DNA of 63,501 nucleotides, the filler included, from Pirum gemmata (lineage: Eukaryota): assembly GCA_002812295.1 (NCBI GenBank). It is 14 parts of 14 records of this genome, joined end to end, with 100 filler letters (N's around TTAATTAATTAA, not from the genome) between each part and the next. Parts side by side here need not be neighbours in the genome. Positions count along the whole stretch, not along the records: positions 13,543 to 17,639 come from PDIN01001511.1; positions 17,740 to 25,168 come from PDIN01001512.1; positions 25,269 to 29,878 come from PDIN01001513.1; 11 more parts are not named here. The stretch is one strand, 5' to 3'. The notes under the pieces were generated by a model, which did no database searches, was not told the DNA's origin, and saw nothing but the letters and a program-made list of their open reading frames with translations. Shown here one piece after another: positions 13,595 through 26,495 of this stretch. Within the stretch, counting starts at the first letter, position 1. The number at the start of each line of letters is the position of its first letter. Made by a program: the position numbers and the translations under genes.

Positions 13595-13813
13595 AGGGCA
13601 ATCAATTCTGCTCTGTTTAGAAATCGATATTTCGAGTCCATATATAAATTAATAAGTTCGAAATATTCAAGCATTCAATTAAGTATTCAAATATATTTAT
13701 TTATTAATAAGCCCGAAAAATACGAAAAAAATATTTTTCGAACGGAACTGAATTTTGGCTTTTTTTGACAGCAGAAATTCGAGTTTTCGGGTTTGAGCAG
13801 AATTGGGAGACCT
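13595..13813. mobile_element. Putative MITE family E (CAATTCTGCTC..GAGCAGAATTG inverted ends)
   Basis: Imperfect 19-bp inverted ends AGG..CCT. Related sequence lies on other scaffolds at about 24555-24670 and 62960-63110. Confidence 0.5.
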
Positions 13814-14278
13814 AACTAGTAGAGGGTAACTAGAATTTTGGAGAATTTTGGGCAAAAAAATACAGTGATAATTATCAGTCATTGGCTATAAGTAAAAGTT
13901 GATTAACAAATATAGCAAGACTATTAACATATATAGTGAGCATAGAGAGCATTGCTAGGCTAGCATTGTACGATGCCATACAGAGTGGTTATTGTTAGGC
14001 TATTGTTAGGCTATTGTTAGGCGATTATTATTATTTATTTATTTATTTATTTCTAAATTAGGAAATCTACTGGGAAATCTACTTTTAGAAATTCTGTGTA
14101 CTAATCATAGCCAGTTCATGCCTACAAAAGTAAATAGTTGACTACCAGTGGACAATGGTCCTCTTGAATTTTAAAACCATCATTTTCAAGAAATCCTTGA
14201 TTTTCGATGTAGACCCTAACGATGCAAAAACAAAATAAAAAGGGATGAAAAATAATATATAGATCTCTACAAACAAAC

Positions 14279-14332
<54 letters not shown>

Positions 14333-14404
14333 AAAAAAAAAAACCAAAAATAAATAAAAACACAAAACAGTCCAAAACAGCTCCAAAACCAAATAATAAT
14401 AAAC

Positions 14405-15541
14405 ATGCAATTCAACAAAATTTCCCTATCTTTGATTTTTTTAAATTACAGCAAAGTTCATAGCAAACCCCAACCTATAGCTATAAACGTAAAACCTAAC
14501 CATCCAAGGCAGTTTCCTCTTACCAACGTAGTTCATGGCGATGAATGGAAAATATTAGAATCCTTTGATAATAAAATAATAAAACACCAGGATAAAAACC
14601 GCTCTCCACCCAAATTTTTGGCTTCGATGCAGTATTACTTTCCGGACCAAGGAATTGAAAAAAGAGTAAGACGCTCAAACCATGGTTGTGGTGGTAGTGT
14701 TATATCCTCGAAACATATATTAACCGCGCATCACTGTCTACCAAGTGCCGGTTTGTTAGCGCCAAATGTAACCGAGTTTGCTAAGTTGAAAGAGCAGTTC
14801 TTTTGGGGTGTGGGGGGTCATGACCTTAATGATAACGATAGTTTTCAAAAGTATAATATGGTTAAGGTTACTTGTCCCAAAAGATTTTCTACTTTACCGG
14901 GACAAGCTGCTGCTCCTGATATGTGTATTGTTGAGGTAGATAGAGAAATTGAAGGGGTGAAACCCGTAGCGTTAAATACCTGTGGCGCCAAGGAATTGCA
15001 AATTCAAATGAAACGAGATAATAAAAAGTTAACGTTAATCGGATGGGGTATGACCAACAAAACAGAAAACGATAGTATACCTGCAAAACTAATGCGTACA
15101 GAAATGCCCTTAGTCGCCAAAGAAGTTTGTTATAAGTACTTAGATGATTATAAAAAAAGTGAAGCAGCGCTAGCAGAACAACAACAACAAGAACAAGAAT
15201 ATAACACAACTGAACAACAACAACAAGAGCAAGAATATAACGCAACTGAGCAAGATCCGTCAAAAGATAGTTTTGATCCTTTGCATAGCACCATTTGCGC
15301 CGGTTATGAAATGGGAGAAGATTCTCCAAGTGCATGTGCAGGTGATTCTGGAGGTCCTCTTTATAGAATGCATGGTCCTGATGATTCTCAAAGAGTGCTA
15401 GTGGGAGATGTCAGTTGGGGGGCAGAGATGTGTGAAAATTATGGGTTTTTCGGCGACATTGCCAGTGAAATAGAATGGATTAAAACTGTAGTGCCAGTAG
15501 AAGAATTAACGTTGGTAGGTTGTGAAACTTTTGGTGAATAA
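14405..15541 (+). CDS. Secreted S1A (trypsin/chymotrypsin-like) serine protease, intronless
   Basis: Signal peptide, CGGSVIS..ILTAHHC (His), PDMCIV (Asp), CAGDSGGPL (Ser), VGDVSWG. Confidence 0.93.
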   Translation: MQFNKISLSLIFLNYSKVHSKPQPIAINVKPNHPRQFPLTNVVHGDEWKILESFDNKIIKHQDKNRSPPKFLASMQYYFPDQGIEKRVRRSNHGCGGSVISSKHILTAHHCLPSAGLLAPNVTEFAKLKEQFFWGVGGHDLNDNDSFQKYNMVKVTCPKRFSTLPGQAAAPDMCIVEVDREIEGVKPVALNTCGAKELQIQMKRDNKKLTLIGWGMTNKTENDSIPAKLMRTEMPLVAKEVCYKYLDDYKKSEAALAEQQQQEQEYNTTEQQQQEQEYNATEQDPSKDSFDPLHSTICAGYEMGEDSPSACAGDSGGPLYRMHGPDDSQRVLVGDVSWGAEMCENYGFFGDIASEIEWIKTVVPVEELTLVGCETFGE

Positions 15542-16276
15542 GGAATAATATAATATTATAATATATATCATAATATATTATTATTATGGAACCAGATGTG
15601 AGTCTTTCAGGAATTTATAACATTTATATGAAAAGCACTTCGAATATTTATTTGGTTGTTTATAATATTTAAATTGATACTTTTAAATACATAAATATAT
15701 AATAAAATATACCAAATTTTAAATGAAATGGATTTATATTGTATTAATTTGGTACTATTTATTGTATATTTTACGACAACAAAATAACTGAAAAGCACGA
15801 TAATATAATAACGTTTTCAAGTTTTTATACATCATTATGATGGCATTGTATTATTGACTAATCATATAGTTATACTAATACTGATTGTATTAATTACTAA
15901 GCTTTTATTAAAAAAAAAGAAAATATATAATAAAATTCAATTCATACAATTATTATACCACTTACAAGTACATAAATAATATTATATATAGTTCTTTTTT
16001 AACTACCTTTTTATTTATTAAATTTTAATGCCATGTTATTTGAAAATTAATATTAATATTGTTGTTGCTGTATGATATTATGGTAAAAGACTAAATTATA
16101 CTAAAATACATTTTGAGTGGCCACCTCTATTAATATTAATATTATCCAATATTACTTAAATAATTAAACTTTAAAAAATAAAATAATATTATTATTTTAA
16201 TAAGAATGTATTGTATTAATAATAGTACTATATTATAAATTATATAATATGATAATAATAACTATTATAAGAAATT

Positions 16277-16572
16277 TTAAAGCTGAGGTTCAATATGATC
16301 CAATTCTTCTACAATGTTTTGTTGTTGATCAGTAACTGCAACAGTTTCGGTAACAACAACAACAACATCATCATCACCACCATTATTTCCTAATAATTCT
16401 AAACCTGATTGTGGTGAATAATAATCCTCCTCTCTTATTTCAATTTCTTCAATAACAATACCATCACCATCACCATCACCATCATTATCTAATTGTTGAG
16501 GCAACGCATATTCGTATTCATTAATAAAACTAGTACTATCATCATAAACTCCAACTTTTTTTTCAATTTTCA

Positions 16573-16614
<42 letters not shown>

Positions 16615-17326
16615 AGCCCATTGCCATATACTCTGCATCAGTATGTAGTGAAATTTCACTATTATGACCTAAACCCTGTACAAATTCTTTCGGAGATAAA
16701 CCACCCAAACCACCATTATCATGAAGCTCCAACTTTTTCTTCATTCTCGCTTTGCTTTTTCTAATATACAACATAACGCAAATAGCACACACCAAAACCG
16801 ACACTACTACACCACAAACAACACCAACAATAAGCGCAATAGAAACATCATCATCATCATCATCCTCACCATCATTTTCTTGTTCTTCTGGAACATACAT
16901 TGTATTATTATTATTATTATCAGTATTATTAATTTTTACTCCACATTTTCTACTTTGACTCGAATCAACAGGCTGCGAACTTACGTTAATAGTATTCCAT
17001 ATTTTGCATATCATTAAATTACTACCACCACTATCGTTATAGTATTCAAAAGCAGTGCATGCGGTGTTCTTATCGCATTCTTGTCTGCATTCAGGTTCAG
17101 TGGGGTATAGGTTAACATATGAATTAAAATCTACACCGTCTATTCCTAGTTGCAATCCGTCGCCATAGTAACATTGAGAAAAGTCACCACTAAAAACATA
17201 ATTATCAATGTTATAAGGTGGTGGTGGTGGTGGTGGTGGTGGTGGTGGTGGTGTGGCTTGGATAGTTGTAATGGTGTTTATGAACACCACAAGGACTGCG
17301 AGGTTATTAATAATAGAGGAAAACAT
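16277..17326 (-). CDS. Type-I membrane protein with PAN/apple-like ectodomain
   Basis: Signal peptide, poly-Pro, ECRQECDKNTACTAFEY...CKIW (PAN pattern), one TM helix (ALIVGVVCG...MLY), basic stop-transfer, Tyr-rich tail. Confidence 0.8.
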
Positions 17327-17739
17327 GTTGTTGTTAACGTTGTTGTTGTTGTTGTGGCAATTGATTGTTGTTGTTATTTTAACTGTTGTTGTTATTTTAA
17401 TTAACTGTTGTTGTTGTTGTTGTTGTTTACTTGTAATTTTCGTATTGTTTATTGATATATTATATATTAAGTGTGTGTATATATCTTTAATATTATTATG
17501 CTAGTTAGAAATTGTAATAGTAATAATAACAGTAATATTATAATATGTTATTATATAAACTTTGGTTTTTTCTTTTTGTGTTTTTCTTTTTGTATTGTTA
17601 TGAATATTTTTAACTTTTTTTTTTAATTATTATTATTTTNNNNNNNNNNNNNNNNNNNNNNNNNNNNNNNNNNNNNNNNNNNNTTAATTAATTAANNNNN
17701 NNNNNNNNNNNNNNNNNNNNNNNNNNNNNNNNNNNNNNN

Positions 17740-17772
<33 letters not shown>

Positions 17773-17904
17773 AATGATCGAAGGAAATTATCAATTGATC
17801 TGTATAATATAGCTCGTTCGGTTTATATATTATTCAGACCCAATTTTTTCTTTTAGAAATTTTATACAGTTTTGATTAAAAGACACCCACTTAGCACTAC
17901 ATAA

Positions 17905-19212
17905 TTTTTATTTAGTAGAATTTGATTTGCGGAGTTTGGCAAAAAGCTGCCAAAATAAATATATTTGGTTGCAAATTAATTAATATAAGAAATACGATTT
18001 TCATTAAACGTTATCTATTCGGTAATGTATATTCTTTTTTTGGTAGGTATTATATTCTTTATTTGGTAGTATATAGTAATACATAAAATTTTATTTAGCA
18101 GAATTTAATGTGCGCAATTTGGGAAAAGCTACCAAAATAAATATATTTGGTTGCAAATAAATTAATACAAGAAATACTATTTTCATTAAAAGTTATATAT
18201 TTGGTAATGTAAATTCTTTTTTTGGTAGTATATAGTAATACATAAAGTTTATTTAGCAGAATTTTGATTTGCGCAATTTGGGGAAAAACTGCCAAAATAA
18301 ATATGTTTGGTTGCAAATAAATTAATACAAGAAATACGATTTTCATTAAAAATTATGTATTTGGTAATGTATATTATTTTTTTGGCAGTATATTCTTTAT
18401 TTGGTAGTATATAGTTATACATAAACTTTATTTAGCAGAATTTGATGTGCGCAATTTGGAAAATGCTGCTGTAAAAGTTAATATATTTGGTTGCAAATAA
18501 ATTAATAAAAGTGCGATTTTCATTAAAAATTATCTATTTAATAGTCTAGTGTATATTCTTTATTCTTTTTTGGTAGTATATAGCAATGCATAAACTATAT
18601 TTAGCAGAATTTGATGTGCTCAATTTGGGAAAAGGCTGCCAAAATAAACATATTCGGTTGCAAATAAATCAATACAAGAAATACGGTTTTCATTAAAAGT
18701 TATCTATTTGGTAATGCATATTCTTTTTTTTTGGTAGTATTTTATTTATTTGGTAGTATATAGTAATACGTAAACTTTATATTTAGCAGGATTTGATGTG
18801 CGTAATTTGGTAATGCATATTATTTTTTTGGTAGTATATTCTTTATTTGTTAGTATATAGCAATACATAAACTTTATTTAGCAGAATTTGATGTGCGCAA
18901 TTTGGGAAAAAGTTGCCAAAATTAATTTATTTGGTTGCAAATAAATTAATACAAGAAATGCAATTTTCATTAAAAGTTATCTATTTGGTAGTGTATATTC
19001 TTTATTTAGTATTCTATTCTTTTTTGGTAGTATATAGTAAGGTATCAACTTTATTTAGCAGAATTTATTGTGCTAAAGTTGGGAAAAAGCTGCCAAAATA
19101 AATATATTTGGTTGCAAATAAATCAATACAAGAAATACGATTTTCATTAAAAGTTATCTATTTGGTAATATATATTCTTTTTTTGGTAGTATATTCTTTA
19201 TTTGGTAGTATT
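17905..19212. repeat. About 160-190-bp satellite, about 7 diverged copies
   Basis: Recurring TTTATTTAGCAGAATTTGATGTGCGCAATTTGGGAAAAGCTGCCAAAATAAA. Confidence 0.92.
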
Positions 19213-19406
19213 TGATGCTCATTTTGTAGTATGGAGGAATCTTCATCGTAAACGTTGTCCCTCAAATTATTTATTTGCGCTGATTTATGGAGATATACTA
19301 AATACTAAATTAGGTGAAATGTCACCTTTATAAGTAAAAAAAGGCTAATTTGACAGTTTTTAAGTTCAATTTGTCAAAGGCTAACACTATTGAAAAGGGC
19401 AACAAA

Positions 19407-19464
<58 letters not shown>

Positions 19465-21035
19465 TATTACTAAATACTGTCTTTATTATTATTATTATTA
19501 TTATTAATATTGTTGTTGATTGATTGACAGATTCTTTTATTATTTTACACTAGATTGATTTGTTTGGTATAACAACAAAAAGAAATATTTACTATATTGC
19601 TACACGACTACACCGATACAAATGGTTGGGAAATAGCAGAGGCTTTCAAAGAACAAGGTCTCAAGGTAAATAAAATGTTCCGAAATAACTTAGAAATAAC
19701 TGAAAACAATACTAAAATAACAACTTTAAATAAAACTACAAATATGGAATTTAACATAAAAGAAAACTCCCAAGAAAGTTTACAATTAATCAAGAAACGA
19801 AAACTTTTAATTTTAATACTGTAAGCAGTAAAGTCAAATGTGATAAATACATTATTTCTGTAATTCGAATAATAATTACAATAACTATAATTATAACACT
19901 GATTATAATCATTATAATGATGAAAATTTTAATAGTAATCATGATTATGAATATTATAAAGAGTATAATGATCAGAATTATAATGAAAAAAATTATAATT
20001 CGAAAAATAATGTGTCTTTCTTAAAATGAAGACATAGATAGCAATCCCGAATGGATGCATACCCCAAAAGAAAAAAAAATGATTTTATTCTTCTAATAAT
20101 CCAAAAAATGATATATAAACAAATGGAAAAAAATTAAATTAGCAATTAGGGATACTTTTAAAAATTATGATAATATTAAAAAGAAACAAAACAGTAACTC
20201 AAAAATAAGACAAATAGAAAGGAATATGATTTTTTTTTTGTTGTTGACATTTCGTTTAGTCTATTCATTGATTAGATATATAAATTATTTGTGAAAAAAA
20301 TACCTAGAAAAAAATACCAAGGACTTCAAAGTTCAAACTTCAAAGTCCTTGAAAATACATACACCACAAAATGAAGTATTACACCATAAATAATAACCTA
20401 AAATGGTTGATTTTACAAATGTGGGGTTTCTGTTACTTTAAAAGTATATTTTAAAAGGAAATTTTCGTTTTTACTAGACTATTTAAAGCTTTAGGCTTGA
20501 CCTTAGATGGTAATATTTACAAATATAGGTATTCTATTACTTCATAAGTATACTAAAAAAAGGAAATTTACATTTCAACTAGACTACTTTCAAATATAGT
20601 TCTTAGCTTTTCACTTCTTGATCTTAAAACTTCATCCTTAGTTACTAACTTTGAACTTATTACATATTTTGCTATACATATTATTCACAATCGTATTAAA
20701 GTTTTTGCTTCTGAAAGGGGCTTTATATTATGAATTTGTTCATAATTTTGCAATTATATCTAATATATGTACAAATACTTTAAATTCTTATTTTGATTTA
20801 TATATTTAGGTAACTCTTATACTTATAATACTATTCGCTATTTCTACATTTTCTATTAGATGGGAAAAGCTTACTAAATTCAAAGCTAGAATATGATTTT
20901 TTTGTTGACATTTCGTTTATTGATTATATATAAATTTGTGAAAAAATACATACACAATTAACTACCACAAAATGGAGTATTACACCATAAATAATAACCT
21001 AAAATGGTTANNNNNNTTATTACTATTATTATTAC

Positions 21036-21101
<66 letters not shown>

Positions 21102-21125
21102 CATTATTTTTATTATATAATTTAG

Positions 21126-22800
21126 AGGTTTTCATCAAACTATGTCAGATTACTATGGTCAAAAAGGTATCCCTTGGCATGGTGCTGCTATACTTTATAA
21201 GCAAAACGGTAAATTTGTAGTGATTTATGTCGATCAAATTTGTCGTAATAGTGGTAAAGAGGATGAAGCACGAGTTGGTTTATTGTTTGATTCGATTATG
21301 GAAGTTATTGAAAATGATAAAGTGTTGCAAGAGAAAACGAATATAACCGTTTTATGTGATAATGCTCCTTATTACGCAGGAAAAGCAATTTTTCGAATCA
21401 TGTATTATATATGCAAAAAAAGAGGTTTTAATTTGAAAAGGTATTTTCATAATGAATCATGTGACGGAAAAACTTTTTTGGATGACCATTTTGGAGTTAT
21501 TATACAGTTGCTTATTGCGTACATAAACAGAGGCTTCAATATTTTAACGCCGCAACAGTTAGCCATAGCTATTTCATTAGTTTCACAAAGTTTTGTATTA
21601 TCAATTCTTATTCAATTTGACGGTAGTATTGTCACTGCTTTAACGAAATTTGCTAAATCTGTATCTCAGGTTAAGGGTATACAAAGAGTTCGTGATATAA
21701 CTTTTGAAGATGATAATGCCATTTTAAATTATTTCTCAAACACCAATTTTCAGCCTTTAGTCCGTTTATCATTGGAGCAAGATATTAAAAAATTAGATGA
21801 AATGTTTCCGGATGGCTTCGGAAATACAGTCTTGATATGTGTTCAGGGTTCTTGTGGTACAACAACAATTGAAGAAGTTTATGAAGAGGGTTCATATGTT
21901 GCAAAAAATATAGCGTTAATGGCCGAATCTGATAAGTTTGAAGAAGAGCATTACGATGACATGTTAAACCTAGAACATGCTACGTCAAGTTTAGAATATG
22001 CGAAAGTCTATACGGGACTGTATTTGGACAGTTTATCTTTGGTAAACAGGGATACTTCAATAACGGAATTTCAAGAAACATATCTGTCAGTCGAAACAAG
22101 AAATATGGTGGGTCAATATTTCGGAAATGGTTGGGCTTCGTTCAAGAAAAGAGTGAAATACGATTGGAAATTTGTGAGTAATCATTTAAAAAAAATGTTT
22201 GATGATGGCAATATAACCAATTCTAAATTGCAACCCGCTGAGGCTTTGGAAAATTTGGTTTCTTTACAAAATGCAAATAAGATCGACAAATCTGTTCCAT
22301 TACCATCTGTTCAACAAGTGAAGTCTTACTTTTCAAGATTGACAAGTGAATATAAAAAACAAAATAGTAAAGCAATTATAAGCGCTCAAAATAACGATGA
22401 GGAAAGTGAGGAGGAGAACGTGGTGGAGAGCAGTGAACAGGGGAGCAGTGAAGAGGACGAGGACGAGGACGAGGAGCAGGAGAAAGAAACACTGGTTACC
22501 GATACAAGCATATTGAGACCAACAGGTACATTGAGAAGTATGGCAAACTATCAATATCCGCCGACTGCAGGGATGTGGCCTGTCCATCACCAACCAACCT
22601 CGCAACAACAAAATCATTTTAATTTACAACAAAATCACCAACAAACTCCAATCTTTCAACAAGCTAATCAATTTCAACAAGCAAATTATAATTTTCAACA
22701 ACCTCATAATTTTCAACAAGCTAATCAGTTTCAGCAAGCTAATAATTTTCAACACGCTTATCAATATTACTTAAGGTATCAAAATCATAATCGGCAATAA
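21126..22800 (+). mobile_element. Sola3-like DDD transposase ORF, 5'-partial (exon after TTTAG acceptor)
   Basis: DYYGQKGIPWHG, LCDNAPYY, ESCDGKTFLDDHFG and the C-terminal F..G....K..P...L...QVKSYFSR match my recollection of Sola3-type transposase motifs. An acidic tract and a Gln-rich tail follow. Confidence 0.62.
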
Positions 22801-23477
22801 TAGTATATTATAATATTATGGTCATCAGAATAAAATAAAATAAAAAAAAATATGTTTTGAAAAAGAAAAATAATAATAAAATGTGTTGTTTATGATGACG
22901 TAATATGTAAACTATTGTTTCATAATATGACGAAATTAACATAACTTCCCAGCTACTCCTGATCCCAAAAAGGGTACTTAATTTTTTTTTACCCTATTCT
23001 CACAGATTTACTTTAGTCTAACAAAAAAGCAAAAAAATACCAGTTATTTATTATTCTACTCCAGAGTTTACCAGATCTGGCAAAAAAAAAAAAAAAAAAA
23101 AAAATGTAGTCTAAAATTTATAAACATTTACCCCTTTCTTAATTATCACAGCTAAATTCATTATACAAGTCACTTTTGCTTACGTTCTGCTCCTTTATCT
23201 GTTCATTATACAAAAAAACAGTATTAATTAATATTATTCGAAATTACGAGCCGATTCCAATGATACCAATATTACTCTAATATTACTATAACTTTTATAC
23301 AAAAAAGTGTCTTTTTTTACACATTTTATGTTCTAAAAATTCGAAAAATTAATCGATTTTTTTGAAATTTGGTACAAGTAATTTTAATAACATAAACAAT
23401 GAAAAATTAATTTTCGAGAATCCCATTTTTTTTTTTGCGAATATTTTTAGGTAGCCAAAAAAGTCAGTGTGTTCAAA

Positions 23478-24062
23478 AAAAAAAGAGTAAAATAATACTA
23501 ACCCACTCAAAAAAGAGAAATTTACAGTATTGACTTGACCAGCCTATAGTACTCCTATAGTCTGTCTCCACAAGTATGGTACAAAAAAGAAATGTCTAAC
23601 CCACTCAAAAAAGAGAAATTTACAGTATTGACTTGACCAGCCTATAGTCTGTCTCCACAAGTATGGTACAAAAAAGAAATGTCTAACTTTACTCTTTTTT
23701 TTAAAACTTTCTAAACCAAATAAAATTTTTCGAATCTAAGTAATTTAATAAGTTTGAGAATTTCAAACATAAAAAGGTGAGTATTTAGTCATATATATAA
23801 GAAAAAAAAAAAAACTAATAAATTGTTCGAAGATAAGTAATTTTTAAAATAGATTTGAAGCTTTCGAACATCAAAAGGTGAGAATTTGATTTTATTAGTA
23901 AAAACATAATATAATATCATAATTGAAAAAAGAGTAAAATAATACTAACCCACTCAAAAAAGAGAAATTTGCAGTATTGACTTGACCAGCCTATAGTCTG
24001 TCTCCACAAGAGGCCTTCCACAAGTATGGTACAAAAAAGAAATGTCTAACTTTACTCTTTTA
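23478..24062. repeat. Three local copies of an about 100-bp unit, plus neighbouring duplications
   Basis: CTAACCCACTCAAAAAAGAGAAATTTACAGTATTGACTTGACCAGCCTATAGT occurs three times. 23104-23200 is repeated at 24186-24280. Confidence 0.85.
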
Positions 24063-24951
24063 ATTAAGAAAAACTCAAAAGGTGAGAATTTGATTTTAGT
24101 ATATGATTGCTGAATAAAAAAACTATGTTTTATCGACTAGTCAAAGTCTAAAATATTTATTAGTAAAAAAAAAAAAAAAAAAAAAAATGTAGTCTAAAAT
24201 TTATAAAAATTTACCCCTTTCTTAATTATCACAGCTAAATTCATTATACAAGTAACTTTTGCTTACGTTCTACTTCTTTAATTGGCATTTTTAAATCAAT
24301 ACATAGATAATAAAATATACCAAAGTAAATAAAATGAATCGATATTGTATTAATTTGGTACTATTTATTATATATTTTATGATGACAAAACAAACTGAAA
24401 AGCACTATAACTGTTTACACGCTTACACCCGTTGTTACACCATAGTCTACACTACCACTACCATACAGCCATACACTACCATACCATAAAAAAAATATGT
24501 TTTATCGACTAGTCAAAGTCTAAAATATTATCTAGAAAATATTATGTGAATAATACTCCCAATTCTGCTTGAGCCCGAAAACTCAATTAAAATTTCGAAC
24601 TTTTAATTAATACATAGGCTCGAACGAAAACTCGATTTTTTTTTTAAAAAAACAAAGCAGAATTGGCCTCCGAAAGTCTGAAGCCTAGCTAACTCCTAGC
24701 TGGCTGTGCCGTAGTTCCAACTTTCATCGAGATGCGCCAATGAGTGGCACTAATCGTTATTGTTATTTTTTAAATAACCATTCAGGAACCCTTATCATAA
24801 AATAACCAAAAATAGGAGTTCCAATAGGGACAAGAGCCTATGATCATTTATAAATAAATGTAAATGCTTTCAAGAAGTTAACAAGAACCGTAGCAAGAAC
24901 CCAGGAGAGACCCGACAGCTATATGATATCAAAAACTTCGACTAGACTAGT

Positions 24952-25168
24952 ACCTAAACCTAACCCTAACCTGACCCTAATCCTAACTCTAACCCTTACC
25001 TAACTTCTAACCTGACCCTAATCCTAATCCTAACCCTAACCCTAACCCTAACCCTAGCCTAACCCTAAGCCTACCCTAACCCTAACCCTAACCCAACCCT
25101 AACCCCAACCCCAACCCCAACCCCAACCCTAACCCTAACATCCTAACCCTAACCCTAACCCTAACCCT
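24952..25168. repeat. Interstitial telomere-like (CCCTAA)n tract
   Basis: Degenerate to perfect CCCTAA units. Others lie at about 12100-12190, 12542-12595, 27433-27482, 33990-34052, 35271-35390, 36765-36905 and 57595-58180. Confidence 0.9.
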
Positions 25169-26495
25169 NNNNNNNNNNNNNNNNNNNNNNNNNNNNNNNN
25201 NNNNNNNNNNNNTTAATTAATTAANNNNNNNNNNNNNNNNNNNNNNNNNNNNNNNNNNNNNNNNNNNNTATAACAATATAACAATATAACAATATAACAT
25301 TATAACATTATAACATTATAACTGTATAACTGTAACAATATAACAATTTTGTAATTTTGTATTGTGTTAATATCAATCACAAGGTTCTTGATTTTAATAA
25401 TGGAATTTTGGATTATGCTAGTATTTGTTATTTGACAAATGTTACATATCTGAAATGCTCGTATGAGGTGATGGAAGATCCTTATGACGGTAGGTTTAAT
25501 TAATTTTAGTATTACTCCAGAACGACGTTAAAATATACTGATGTTAATAAAAAGTTAAAATATTATATAAACAATAAAACCTTTAAAGATTTAACGTTAT
25601 AAAAATAAAAAATAAAAAATAAAAAATAAAAATTAAAAAGTAAAAAATAAAAAGAAGGTAAAAGTTTTAAAATTAATAGGTTAAAAGGCAAAAATTAAAA
25701 AGTTAAAAAGTTAAAAAGTTTAAATAAAACCTTTAAAGATTTAACGTTATAAGAAATAAAAAATAAAAAATAAAAAATAAAAAATAAAAAATAGAAAATA
25801 AAAAGTAAAAAGTAAAAAGTAAAGTAAAAAGGTAAAAAGGTAAAATAAAAAAGTAAAAAAATTAAAAGGCAAAAAGGTAAAAATTAAACCATTAAAACAT
25901 TAAGTTAAAAAGTTTAATTTTTTTTTTTTTTTGAAGAATTAATGTTATAAGAAGTAAAAAATAAAAATTAAAAAATAAAAAATAAAAAATAAAAAATAAA
26001 AAGTAAAAAGCAAAAAGTAAAAAGTTAAAAGGTAAAAAAGTAAAAAATTCAAAAGGTAAAAAGGTAAATTAAAACATTAAGTTAAAGTTTAAAAGTTTAA
26101 ATAAAACCTTTAAATATTTAACGTTATAAGTAAAAAAAATGAAAAAATAAATAAATAAGTAAATAAAATAAATAAAAAATAAAAAGTAAAACATAGAAGT
26201 AAAAAGTAAGAAGGTAAAAAATTAAAACATAAAATAAAAATGTAAAGAGGTAAATAGTAAAAAATAAAAAAAAATAAAAAATAAAAATAAAAAAGTACAA
26301 AATACAAAGTAAAAAGTGAAACGTAAAACGTGGAAAGTAAAACGTAAAAAGTTAAAAATGGAAAGAAAAAAATTAAAAAATAATAATTAGAAACTAAATA
26401 ACAATTAAGTAAAAATAATAAAACTACTAATAATTAAACGAAATACCAATACTAATAGTTTAACTAAATGCAAACATATATTTAAAAAAAACTAA

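Noticed and set aside
14889..15335. Antisense ORFs over real genes (also 2079, 2359, 16721-17504, 22333, 53962, 54023)
   Set aside because: Shadow frames of better-supported CDSs.
2673..22800. Alternative genetic code
   Set aside because: Conserved genes read through without internal stops and end at TGA or TAA under the standard code.
24952..25168. True chromosome telomeres or nanochromosome ends (also 33990-34052)
   Set aside because: At a right-hand end a telomere would read TTAGGG on the + strand. These read CCCTAA, and most scaffolds simply break at simple repeats.
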